From positions 13,365-77,364 of the forward strand of contig DHWF01000012.1 of NCBI GenBank assembly GCA_002413045.1: a stretch of DNA of 64,000 nt, written 5' to 3'. Positions 50,517 through 59,716 of the stretch are shown here, piece by piece. This DNA is from Chloroflexi bacterium UBA5189. Its GTDB lineage: Bacteria; Chloroflexota; Limnocylindria; Limnocylindrales; CSP1-4. Within the stretch, counting starts at the first letter, position 1, and every line of letters begins with the position of its first letter. Position numbers and translations under genes: made by a program. The notes beneath the pieces were generated by a model that saw nothing but the letters and a program-made list of their open reading frames with translations, was not told where the DNA came from and did not search any database.

Positions 50517-51401
50517 CTACGCCAGTGCCTCGGCCATCGCGCGGAGGTGGGGCGGCGTGCTGCCGCAGCAGGCGCCGATGACGTTGGCGCCGGCGTCGCG
50601 GAAGTGCCGGGCGAACTCGGCCATCGTCTCGGGGGTGGTCTCGTACTCGACGGCCATGCCGACGAGCTGGGGCATCCCGACGTTGCCCTTCGCGACGAGC
50701 ACCGCGTCCGGGAACGCGGCGCGCATCTTCTCGATGACCGGCACGAGCTCCTCGGGCCCGTTGCCGCAGTTGCCGCCGATGGCGATGGCGCCGGCCTCCA
50801 GGAGCGCCGCGGCGGCCCGCTCCGGCGTGACGCCCATCATCGTCCGGCCGCGCGTGTCGAAGCTCATCGTCGCGATGACCGGCAGCCCGGGCGCGGCCTC
50901 CTTCGCGCCCAGGATCGCCGCGACCGCCTCGTCGACGTCGCTCATCGTCTCGACCCACATGACGTCGGCGCCGCCGGCCGCGAGCGCGCGGGCCTGCTCC
51001 GCGAACACCTCGCGCGCGAGCGCCGGGGTGAGCGTGCCGCCGATCGCCTCCATGAGCTGGCCGGTCGGCCCGAGGTCGCCGGCGACGACCACCGGGTGGT
51101 CCGCGGCATGGGCCTCGACGCTGGCGAGGACGGCCGCGGTCCGGTTGAGCTGGTCGACGCGGTCCTGGCGCCCGTGCAACTCGAGGCGGAGCCGGTTGCC
51201 GCCGAACGTGTTGGTCAGCAGGACTTGCGCACCGGCCTCGAGATAGCCGCGCTGGACGCGCCGGATGATCTCGGGGTGCTCCAGGTTCCAGAGCTCTGGC
51301 GGATCCCCGAACTCGAGGCCGTTGGCCATGAGCATCGTGCCCATCGCGCCGTCGGCGACGATCGGGCGGCCGGATCGAACGAGCTCCTCCCAGCTGGCCA
51401 T
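50517..51401 (-). CDS. Homocysteine S-methyltransferase domain protein (stand-alone Hcy-binding domain)
   Basis: ATG at 51401 (MASWEELV..). 'DGAMGTML', 'AGAQVLLTNTF' and the zinc Cys motifs 'IGGNCG' and 'GACCGSTP' are present. Confidence 0.85.
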   Translation of the reverse strand: MASWEELVRSGRPIVADGAMGTMLMANGLEFGDPPELWNLEHPEIIRRVQRGYLEAGAQVLLTNTFGGNRLRLELHGRQDRVDQLNRTAAVLASVEAHAADHPVVVAGDLGPTGQLMEAIGGTLTPALAREVFAEQARALAAGGADVMWVETMSDVDEAVAAILGAKEAAPGLPVIATMSFDTRGRTMMGVTPERAAAALLEAGAIAIGGNCGNGPEELVPVIEKMRAAFPDAVLVAKGNVGMPQLVGMAVEYETTPETMAEFARHFRDAGANVIGACCGSTPPHLRAMAEALA

Positions 51402-51418
51402 CGGACGCCGATTGTGCA

Positions 51419-52537
51419 CTAGGTGTGGATCGGGGGCCCCCACCAGACGGCGGCCGCGATGATCGCGTACAGGCCGAGGAGCATGGCGCCCTCGAACGCG
51501 TTCGCCTCGCCGTCGGCCACGATGACGAAGACGAGCAGCGCGCTGACCGCGAGGGTCCCCAGCAGGAGCGGGCTCAGGATCAACGTCAGCGGCACCGGCG
51601 CCACGACGAAGCTGAGCAGCACGATCACGGGCGCCAGGAACAGCACGATCTGGAGCGCCGAATTCAGGATCAGGCTCATCGCCAGGTCGCCGTGGCCCTT
51701 GGCGGCCGAGGTCACTCCGGCGAGATTCTCGACGGCATTGCTGGCCAGCGCGACCACGATCAGGCCCGCGAACGCCTCGCTCATTCCGATCGTGGCCATC
51801 GCGGGCTGGAGCGCCTCGACGAACCAGTCGGCGACGAACGCCGCGGACCCGCCCGAGATCGCGAGCAGCGCGATGGTCTGGATGAGCGGCTTCGGGACAT
51901 CGGGGTGCGCGTCGTCGTCATCCGGGACGTGCGGCTTCGCGGCGGGGCCCTCCGTCGACAGCCGCAGCGAGATCGGCACGGACACGGCGAACAGGATCAG
52001 CAGCACGATCGCCACGACTCCGGATAGCTCCTCGGCGTGGCCGAAGTCCGGCGCACCCGGCTGCGTGGCCAGGAACGGCACGGTCAGGGCCGCGACGCCC
52101 AGCAGCAGCTCCGTCGCATACAGGCGATTCGCGGCACCCGAGAACGTGAGCTTGCCGTGGCGCAGGCCGCCGACCAGCGTCGCCAGCCCGAGCACGAACA
52201 GCGCATTCCCGAGGATGGAGCCGACGAGGGCGGCGGCCACGACCTGGAGCAGCCCTGCCTTGAGCGCGAAGATCGCCAGGAACAGCTCTGGCAGGTTGCC
52301 GAGCACGGACTGGACGACGCCGGTCGCGGCGGGCGATAGGCGCTGCGATAACCGCTCCACCGCCTCGCCGACGGCGACGGCGCCCGCGGCGAGGGCCACC
52401 ACCGCGACCACGAAGCGGACCATCGGCGGCAGCCCGAGCACGTTCGCGATCGCGACGATGGCGAAGGCGGCGGCGTACCCGCCGTAGATCAGGGCGGTCC
52501 GGCGGTCGATGCGGGTGTGCATGTCAGGCGCCATCAT
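51419..52537 (-). CDS. Ca2+/H+ antiporter (CaCA family, ChaA/CAX-like)
   Basis: The two alpha-repeats are 'SVLGNLPELFLAI' and 'ALASNAVENLAGV'. The profile is polytopic with a central acidic loop. Confidence 0.85.
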   Translation of the reverse strand: MMAPDMHTRIDRRTALIYGGYAAAFAIVAIANVLGLPPMVRFVVAVVALAAGAVAVGEAVERLSQRLSPAATGVVQSVLGNLPELFLAIFALKAGLLQVVAAALVGSILGNALFVLGLATLVGGLRHGKLTFSGAANRLYATELLLGVAALTVPFLATQPGAPDFGHAEELSGVVAIVLLILFAVSVPISLRLSTEGPAAKPHVPDDDDAHPDVPKPLIQTIALLAISGGSAAFVADWFVEALQPAMATIGMSEAFAGLIVVALASNAVENLAGVTSAAKGHGDLAMSLILNSALQIVLFLAPVIVLLSFVVAPVPLTLILSPLLLGTLAVSALLVFVIVADGEANAFEGAMLLGLYAIIAAAVWWGPPIHT

Positions 52538-52585
52538 CGTGGATGGGCCAGCCCCCGTGGTGGCCGCTTGCTAGCGTTGCGGGCC

Positions 52586-53836
52586 ATGGCTGAGGCGATG
52601 TCCGTCCGGGCGCGGAACTGGCGCCTGGTCCAGGCGGATTCGGTGTTCATCGGCGTGGTCAACGCGTCGGGGACGTTCCTGCCCGTGTTCCTCCTGCGCC
52701 TCGGCGCAAGCCCGGGTGCGATCGGGCTCCTGACCGCGCTCCCGGCCCTGACCGCGTTCGCGCTGGCGATCCCGTTCGGGCGGTGGCTGCAGCGGCGTCG
52801 CAACACCGTGCCCTGGTACAGCCGGCTGCGCCTCATCGCGTGGTCCAGCTACGGGGTCATGGGCATCGCCGCCGCGATCCTGCCACGCGACGACGCGATT
52901 CCGGTGCTCCTGCTCGTGTGGGGCCTGGCCTCCGTCCCATCGACGGCGGCCTTCGTGACCTTCCCGATGGTGATGGACGGGGCCGCGGGCCCTGGCGGGC
53001 GGTTCGACCTGCTCGGCCGGCGCTGGGCCATCGCCGGCGTCTCGGCGGCGATCGCCGTCGCCCTCGGCGGCCAGTTCCTGAGCGCGGTCGCGTTCCCCGC
53101 GAACTTCGAGATCCTGCTCATGGTCGTCAGCCTCGCGGGGTTCGGCAGCTACCTGCAGTCGAGCCGGCTCGTCATTCCGGACCAGGTGCCGGTCGAGCCA
53201 CCGGTGCGTGGCGACCCGCGCGGTCGTGTTCGGGGCCTGTGGCGGCTCATCGTCTCGAACGGCTCCTTCACCCGGTTCGAGGCGCGCACGCTCCTGTACA
53301 CGATCAGCATCGGGCTGGCCCTGCCGATGCTGCCCCTGTTCTACGTCAACGAGGTGCAGGCGCCCGACGCCTGGATCGGGGTCATCGGCTCGGCAGCGTC
53401 GGCCGGCAGCGTCCTCGGCTACCTGATCGCGCGCCAGCTGGCCCGCCGGCGCGGCGCCGCGCAGATCCTCCTGCCGTCCCTGCTCCTCGCGGCCCTCGGT
53501 CCCGCGATCCTCGCCCTCATCGGTTGGCTGCCTGCCGTCGCGGCCGTCGCGTTCGCGATGGGCGTCGCCGGGGCCGGCGCCCAGCTCGCCTTGTTCGACC
53601 AGCTCATGCGGCGAATCCCGACCGAGCACGGCGTCACGTTCAGCTCGGTGGACCAGACGATCCAGAACCTCGTCCTCGTGATCGCCCCGAACGTCGGCGG
53701 CGTGCTGGTCCTCGCCCTCGGCATCCGGGGCGCGCTGGTGGGCCTTGCCATCGTCGGCTTCCTGGCATTCCTGCTGTTCCTGCTCGATTCCCGCCGCAGC
53801 GCCTCGGCGCGCACGGGACTCCCGGCGCCCGGCTGA
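52586..53836 (+). CDS. MFS transporter
   Basis: About 12 hydrophobic helices. The loop 'GRWLQRRRNTVPW' is of the 2-3 type. The start is set at ATG 52586 because 52517 would overlap the divergent antiporter gene. Confidence 0.72.
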   Translation: MAEAMSVRARNWRLVQADSVFIGVVNASGTFLPVFLLRLGASPGAIGLLTALPALTAFALAIPFGRWLQRRRNTVPWYSRLRLIAWSSYGVMGIAAAILPRDDAIPVLLLVWGLASVPSTAAFVTFPMVMDGAAGPGGRFDLLGRRWAIAGVSAAIAVALGGQFLSAVAFPANFEILLMVVSLAGFGSYLQSSRLVIPDQVPVEPPVRGDPRGRVRGLWRLIVSNGSFTRFEARTLLYTISIGLALPMLPLFYVNEVQAPDAWIGVIGSAASAGSVLGYLIARQLARRRGAAQILLPSLLLAALGPAILALIGWLPAVAAVAFAMGVAGAGAQLALFDQLMRRIPTEHGVTFSSVDQTIQNLVLVIAPNVGGVLVLALGIRGALVGLAIVGFLAFLLFLLDSRRSASARTGLPAPG

Positions 53837-53926
53837 GGTCGGCGCGTCCGGTTGGCGAGCCGGGATGTCGTTCCGTTGTGACTCGGACGGCAGCGGCCTC
53901 GATGCCGCTGTCGGCTCGTTCGGCGG

Positions 53927-54652
53927 ATGCTCCACCGAATGACGCCGGCGGATCGGCGCGTCCGGCAGCAGGAGGGCAAGGCCCTGGACAGCTCGCAGCG
54001 ATCTGATCGGAATGCGCAGGCGTGGCTCGCGCTCGGGCTGGTAGGCATCGCCGGGCTCGTGATCATGACCATCCTGGTCGGGAGCCACGTGGTCATCCCG
54101 TTCGACAAGCCCTTCCTCGATCTCGCCAGCTCGTGGTCGTCGCTGGACCCGGTCTGGAACCTCTTCTCGACGCTCGGCAACCTGCCCATGATCCCGATCG
54201 GCCTCGGCTTCGTCGTATGGCTATGGTGGAAGGGGCGGCATCGTGAAGCGATCGTCGTCTTCCTCCTCCTCGCCGCCGCGACCGCGACGACGGAAGGGCT
54301 GAAGGTGCTCCTCGCGCGGCCCCGGCCGGTCGTCGGCAGCGGCGCCAACATCATCCCGGGCACAGAGTTCAGCTTCCCATCCGGGCACTCGCTCGAGGAC
54401 GTGATGATCCTCGGGATCATCGGGTTGAAGCTCTGGCGACGACTCAGCTCGCAGGTGATCCGCTGGCTGTACATCGTCCTCGCCGCCGCATTCGTCGTCG
54501 TCGTCGAAATCTCGCGCGTGGCACTCTCGACGCATTATCCGAGCGACATGCTGGCGGGCATCTTCGGCGGGTTGGCGGCACTGGGGCTGTACGCCTGGTT
54601 CTCGAGGCGCGGCGGCTGGGCGGACCGCCCGCCGGAATCGGAGCCGCGGTGA
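53927..54652 (+). CDS. PAP2-family lipid phosphate phosphatase
   Basis: The three PAP2 motifs are 'KVLLARPRP', 'PSGHS' and 'SRVALSTHYPSD'. Confidence 0.8.
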   Translation: MLHRMTPADRRVRQQEGKALDSSQRSDRNAQAWLALGLVGIAGLVIMTILVGSHVVIPFDKPFLDLASSWSSLDPVWNLFSTLGNLPMIPIGLGFVVWLWWKGRHREAIVVFLLLAAATATTEGLKVLLARPRPVVGSGANIIPGTEFSFPSGHSLEDVMILGIIGLKLWRRLSSQVIRWLYIVLAAAFVVVVEISRVALSTHYPSDMLAGIFGGLAALGLYAWFSRRGGWADRPPESEPR

Positions 54653-55458
54653 CGACTGACGAGGTCAAGCCGGCGACGCCCCCCGCCGCTGTCGCGGGCT
54701 CGCGAGTCGATGCAGGGCCGAAGACGCAAGCCGGGCCGCTCGGGCGCGTCGACCCGAAGCAGCCAAAAGCCAAGCAGCCGACACCGCGGCCACCGCTGGG
54801 CCTCGCGACCGGTGCACTCCTGGTCGGCGTGGCCGGGCTTGTCGCCAGCCTGCTGGTGCTCGGCTTCATCGCATCCGGCATCCGCGACCAGGAGGCGTTC
54901 GCCCTCGACGTGTGGGCGACCCCGTTCCTGCACAACATCCAGTCGCCGGCGTTCAACGCCCTGATGAACGGGCTGACCACGATGGGCTCGACGCTGATCG
55001 TCCTGCCCGTCCTGCTCGTCGTGGGCGGCGGCCTGCTCGTCGTCCGACGCTACGGCGCGTTTGTGTTCCTGGCCGTGTCGCTGGGCGGAGCGATGTTGAT
55101 CGACGCGATCATGAAGCTCATCTTCGAGCGGCCGCGGCCGCAGCTCAGCTATGCGAACGTGCTGCCCGACTACAGCTTCCCAAGCGGCCACGCGATGAAC
55201 GGCGTGGCCTTCTACGTCGCGATCGCGCTGATCCTGTGGTCCGTGTTCGGGCGACGTGTCGGGGTGATCGCCGTGATCACTGCCTCGGTCCTCGCGTTCG
55301 GCATCGGGGTGAGTCGTATCTACCTCGGCTATCACTACCTGACCGACGTCGTCGGTGGCTGGCTCGCCGGGATCACCTGGCTGCTCATCGTCGGCGCGGT
55401 GTTCCGCATCAGCCCGAACGCCTGGCACTGGGGCCGCATTCGCGCGCCGAGCGCATGA
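54649..55458 (+). CDS. PAP2-family lipid phosphate phosphatase (paralogue)
   Basis: It overlaps the previous gene with GTGA. The motifs are 'KLIFERPRP', 'PSGHA' and 'SRIYLGYHYLTD'. The N-terminus is long, Pro-rich and basic. Confidence 0.8.
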   Translation: MTTDEVKPATPPAAVAGSRVDAGPKTQAGPLGRVDPKQPKAKQPTPRPPLGLATGALLVGVAGLVASLLVLGFIASGIRDQEAFALDVWATPFLHNIQSPAFNALMNGLTTMGSTLIVLPVLLVVGGGLLVVRRYGAFVFLAVSLGGAMLIDAIMKLIFERPRPQLSYANVLPDYSFPSGHAMNGVAFYVAIALILWSVFGRRVGVIAVITASVLAFGIGVSRIYLGYHYLTDVVGGWLAGITWLLIVGAVFRISPNAWHWGRIRAPSA

Positions 55459-56381
55459 CGACGGCGCTCGTCATCGGCCGCCGCCGGCCCGGGCGACCCA
55501 TCCCGCATGCCGTTCGCGAGACGCAGCAGCTTCTCGAGGCGGCCGGCTGGACCGTCGACAGCGTCGTCGTCAAGCGCAAGAAGGACCTTCGGCGTCGTGT
55601 TGGCGCAGCGGTCGACAACAAGGTGGACGTCGTCGTGGCGGTCGGCGGCGATGGCGCAGTCCTGCAGGCGGTGCAGCCGTTGGTCGGCACGCCCGTCGCG
55701 CTCGGCATCGTGCCGATGGGGACGGGCAACCTGCTCGCGACCAACCTTGGCATCCCGCGGCCCCTGGCCGACGCCGTCCAGATCATCGCGACCGGGAGCC
55801 CTCGACAGATCGACGTTGGCAAGCTATCGATCGGCAAGAAGGAGCGCTTCTTCTCGGTCGCCTGCGGCATCGGCTTCGACGCTACGGTCATGGACGCGAC
55901 GCCGATGCGCGAGAAGCAACGCTGGGGCAAGCTCGCCTATGCGATACGCGCGGTCCGCGAGAGTCGCCATCTCAAGGACATGCCGCATCGGATCGTGCTC
56001 GATGGCAAGGGCACCAGGATGGACGCCGCCCAGATCCTGATCGCCAACTTCGGCGAGACCGGGCTGGGCGTGGAGCCGAGCCTGCCGATCGCGCCGGACG
56101 ACGGCTACCTCGACGTGATCGCTCTTCGCGCGCCGAGTCGATCGACGGGCCTCCTGGCGGTCTGGGAGGCGCTCCGCATGCCTCGCACCGGCAAGAATGC
56201 GAGTGGCCGCGTGCTCCGGGCGCGGGCACGCACGATCGAGATCGAGGCCCGGTCGAAGCGCCTGGTCGAGATCGATGGGAGCGTTATCGGGAAGACCCCG
56301 GTCGCCGTGTCCATCCAGCCGGCCGCGCTGCGGGTCATCGTCCCGGCGACTACGGCGTCACCCGAGCATCCGTCAGGCTGA
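55455..56381 (+). CDS. Diacylglycerol/lipid kinase family protein (YegS/BmrU-like)
   Basis: ATG at 55455 forms an ATGA overlap with the upstream stop. 'VVVAVGGDGAV' and 'LGIVPMGTGNLLATNLGIP' are present. The upstream part of the 489-aa track ORF is a shadow. Confidence 0.85.
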   Translation: MTTALVIGRRRPGRPIPHAVRETQQLLEAAGWTVDSVVVKRKKDLRRRVGAAVDNKVDVVVAVGGDGAVLQAVQPLVGTPVALGIVPMGTGNLLATNLGIPRPLADAVQIIATGSPRQIDVGKLSIGKKERFFSVACGIGFDATVMDATPMREKQRWGKLAYAIRAVRESRHLKDMPHRIVLDGKGTRMDAAQILIANFGETGLGVEPSLPIAPDDGYLDVIALRAPSRSTGLLAVWEALRMPRTGKNASGRVLRARARTIEIEARSKRLVEIDGSVIGKTPVAVSIQPAALRVIVPATTASPEHPSG

Positions 56382-58017
56382 CCTCGCCGACAACCCGGAG
56401 CCCGGACTTCGCCGCCGGTCGCTCCTTGTCGGGCGCGGCGCTCCCTTCGAACGCGACGTGCGCGGAGCCGCCGTCGAACGTCACCAGCGACAGCATGTTG
56501 CCGAACAACGGGCCGATCGGGTGGTGCCAGTAGATCGGCAGGGGCGGCACCCGCGTCAGCCTGCCGAGCAGTCGCACGAAGCGCGCGACCTTCTTGCTCC
56601 AGCCGACGTAGAACACCCCGCGCATCTCGAGCGGAATGGTGTTCTCGAGCGGCGAGCAGGTGATCTGGTAAACACGCGAGGCGAGCGGATTCGGGTAATT
56701 GGCCTCCGCGACGTAGCTGTGATGGACGTCCCCGGACAATACGCAGATCGTCGCGGGGGCGCGCCCGCCGTGCTCGCCCCGGCCGACACGCTCGAACAAG
56801 GCGGCGAGCCGATCGAACGACGCCCGGAACGCGGCCCAGTGCTCGAGGTCCACCGCACGCCGCACCCACTCCGCAGCGCGACCGAGAAGCCGGCCGCGCG
56901 AGCCGGCACACAGCGCCTCGTTCCACGATTCGATGTCATGCAGGGCGCGTGGCAGGAGCCATGGCATCGAGGTGACCACGACCAGGTGCTCGATCGGCCC
57001 GTCGGTGGCCTGCCGCTCGATCCACTCGAATTCGCTGTCCGCGATCATCGACCGATGGCCGTCGGCGAGGATCCGGCCGCAGCGGGAGTCGATCACCAGC
57101 AGGCGAATCGGGCCAAAGTCGCGGCGGTACGACCACATCGTGCCCTTGGCGCCGTCGGCCTCCCGGTCCGCGTGCCGCGCGAACGCGCGCAGGAGCTCCT
57201 CGCCATCGGGTGCCGCTTGGACTGCCTGGAACGTCTGGTCGGCCTCGAGGCCCGCCGGCGACAGGTTCCCGAGGTGCTGGTAGATCCAGTACGACATCAG
57301 GGCGCCCGTGATTCGCGCGTCCCACCACGGCTCCCGCTGCATGTCCTGGCGCCACGCCAGCGACGTGTTCCAGTCGTCGCGGACGTCGTGGTCGTCGAAG
57401 ATCATCGATGTCGGGAGCGTCGACAGCAGCCAGCGGATCTTTGGAACGCCCCATGATTCGAGGTACAGGCGGGTGTACTCCTCGAAGTCGGCGACCTCGG
57501 CCTTCGGTGGCCGGCGGATGTCGCGGCGCGACGAGATGAATGTGCGCATCGCCGGGCTCGTGTCATCCGCATAGACCTGGTCGCCGGCGAAGACCAGCAG
57601 GTTGGGCCAGGCCTGGTGATCCTGGGTCAGCATTCGCGTCGCGAACGCGTCGAGGACGTCGACACGTTCCCCGGAGTCCTCTCCCCCGCGCGGCGCCTCG
57701 CGGCAGGACCCGAACAGCAGTCGGATCGGCCGGCTCGGGTCGAGCGTCCGGATCCGGCTCGGCGGGAACGGGGTCCCGGCCTGCGGCCAGACCGGCGTCC
57801 CGTCGATGCGGACCTCGTACGGCGTGGACGATGCCGTTGGCAGCCCGGTGATCACGACCACGGCGTAGTGGTGGCCCGCGACCGAGAACGTCGGCGCTTG
57901 GCCGGCGACGTCACCGGCCCGGATCTCGACGTCGCACGCGGCCGTCGTCTCGACCCAGATCGTTGCGTCGTGCTCGCCGACATGCCGAAGCACCGGCCCA
58001 AGGAGGAGTGCGACCAT
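56350..58017 (-). CDS. PhoD-like alkaline phosphatase / metallophosphoesterase
   Basis: ATG at 58017 (MVALLLGPVLRHVG..). 'FGSCR', 'LLVFAGDQVYAD', 'IFDDHDVRDDW' and 'LSGDVHHSY' are present. Its 3' end overlaps the convergent kinase gene by 32 nt. Confidence 0.8.
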   Translation of the reverse strand: MVALLLGPVLRHVGEHDATIWVETTAACDVEIRAGDVAGQAPTFSVAGHHYAVVVITGLPTASSTPYEVRIDGTPVWPQAGTPFPPSRIRTLDPSRPIRLLFGSCREAPRGGEDSGERVDVLDAFATRMLTQDHQAWPNLLVFAGDQVYADDTSPAMRTFISSRRDIRRPPKAEVADFEEYTRLYLESWGVPKIRWLLSTLPTSMIFDDHDVRDDWNTSLAWRQDMQREPWWDARITGALMSYWIYQHLGNLSPAGLEADQTFQAVQAAPDGEELLRAFARHADREADGAKGTMWSYRRDFGPIRLLVIDSRCGRILADGHRSMIADSEFEWIERQATDGPIEHLVVVTSMPWLLPRALHDIESWNEALCAGSRGRLLGRAAEWVRRAVDLEHWAAFRASFDRLAALFERVGRGEHGGRAPATICVLSGDVHHSYVAEANYPNPLASRVYQITCSPLENTIPLEMRGVFYVGWSKKVARFVRLLGRLTRVPPLPIYWHHPIGPLFGNMLSLVTFDGGSAHVAFEGSAAPDKERPAAKSGLRVVGEVSLTDARVTP

Positions 58018-58114
58018 GTCTGAGGTGTAGCAGGAAGGCGCTGCGCCGCCCGCTTCAGGCCGCAGCCTGACGCTACGAGTGCATCGCGAGGCTCGGCGGA
58101 TCACAAGGAGCGAC

Positions 58115-59716
58115 ATGCAGCGCGAGGTGACGCTGGTCGCGTCGGGCGACCTCAGGGAGACCGCGAATCGGCTGGGCTGGCCAGCGCAGGCAGAGCTCGA
58201 GCGCAACGTTGGCGCCGCGTTCGGGCGCCACGGTGCCTCGGTCCGGCGCGCGCATCCGATCGACGCGTCACGCGGGCACGGCTTCATCTCGAGCCAGCGG
58301 ATGGGCATGTCGGTCTTCGAGTCGATCGATCGCGATGCGCCGATCGTCGTCGCCGAGGCGGTCTGGCAGTACAGCCACCACGTGCTCGCCGGGCTGCGCC
58401 GTCATCGTGGCCCGATCCTGACCGTGGCCAACTGGAGTGGCGAGTGGCCGGGCCTCGTGGGCATGCTCAACATCAATGCCTCGCTGACGAAGCTGGGCCG
58501 CGCCTACAGCACGATCTGGGGCGAGGACCTGACCGACCCATTTGCCGACGCGGCGATCGCGCGCTGGCTCGAGACCGGCGCCGTGGTGCACGACACCTCG
58601 CACGTGCGCGACCTCGATGCCGCGGCGCTGCCGCGGTCCGCGGCCGCGCTCGGCCGGCGGCTTGCCGGTGAGCTCGCCGAGCGGATGGCGATCCTCGGCG
58701 TCTTCGACGAGGGCTGCATGGGCATGTACAACGCGATCATCGACGACGAACACCTCAACCCCTCCGGGATCTACAAGGAGCGGCTCAGCCAGTCGGCGCT
58801 CGTCGCTGCGATGCGCCAGGTGACCGAGGCGGAGGCGAGGGCCGCGTATGGCTGGCTCACACGGCGAGGCATGGAATTCCGCCTTGGCAGCGACGGCGCG
58901 ACGGAGCTCACCGAGGACCAGGTCCTGGACCAGCTCCGGCTGTACATCGCGGCGACGCGCATCGCTGATGCCTTCGGCTGCGACGCGATCGGGATCCAGT
59001 ACCAGCAGGGGCTCAAGGACATGGCGCCCGCATCGGACCTCGCGGAGGGGTTGCTGAACGATGCCGACCGGCCGCCGGTCCGCGGCCTCGGAGAGGCGGG
59101 CCGGGAGCTGTTCCCGGGCCAACCGGTCGTCCACTTCAACGAGGTCGACGAGGGCTCGGCGGTGGATGCGCTTGTGACCAACCGCGTCTGGACGGCGCTC
59201 GGCCTGAACGCGGCCACGACGCTCCATGACGTCCGCTGGGGCGCGCCGTACGGCGACGACTTCGTTTGGGTCTTCGAGATCTCCGGCGCCGTGCCGCCCG
59301 CGCATCTCGTCGGCGGCTACGCAGGTGCCGTGAGCGAGCGCCAGCCGCCGGTCTACTTCGGGCTCGGCGGCGGGACGATCAAGGGCGTGAGCCGGCCGGG
59401 TGAGATCGTCTGGAGCCGCGTCTTCCTCATGGAGGGCCGGCTGCACGCGGACCTCGGACGGGCCACGGTGGTGGAGCTCCCGCGCGAGGAGACCGAGCGG
59501 CGCTGGCAGGCAACCACGCCGCAGTGGCCGATCATGCACGCGGTCCTGCACGGCGTGAGCCGCGACCAGATGATGGCCCGCCACCGCGCCAATCACATCC
59601 AGGTCGCCTACGGGGCCGATGCCGCGAGCGCGAACGAGGCGCTCGCCGCGAAGGCGGCGATGTTCGACGCGATGGGCCTGGCGGTGCACCTCTGCGGCAC
59701 GGTGCCGGTTGGCTGA
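58115..59716 (+). CDS. L-fucose/L-arabinose isomerase family protein
   Basis: The ATG at 58115 is preceded by an AAGGAG Shine-Dalgarno. The length is about 533 aa. 'VTLVASGDLRETAN', 'FDEGCMGMYNA' and the C-terminal 'NHIQVAYG' fit the FucI-like fold by eye. Confidence 0.7.
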   Translation: MQREVTLVASGDLRETANRLGWPAQAELERNVGAAFGRHGASVRRAHPIDASRGHGFISSQRMGMSVFESIDRDAPIVVAEAVWQYSHHVLAGLRRHRGPILTVANWSGEWPGLVGMLNINASLTKLGRAYSTIWGEDLTDPFADAAIARWLETGAVVHDTSHVRDLDAAALPRSAAALGRRLAGELAERMAILGVFDEGCMGMYNAIIDDEHLNPSGIYKERLSQSALVAAMRQVTEAEARAAYGWLTRRGMEFRLGSDGATELTEDQVLDQLRLYIAATRIADAFGCDAIGIQYQQGLKDMAPASDLAEGLLNDADRPPVRGLGEAGRELFPGQPVVHFNEVDEGSAVDALVTNRVWTALGLNAATTLHDVRWGAPYGDDFVWVFEISGAVPPAHLVGGYAGAVSERQPPVYFGLGGGTIKGVSRPGEIVWSRVFLMEGRLHADLGRATVVELPREETERRWQATTPQWPIMHAVLHGVSRDQMMARHRANHIQVAYGADAASANEALAAKAAMFDAMGLAVHLCGTVPVG

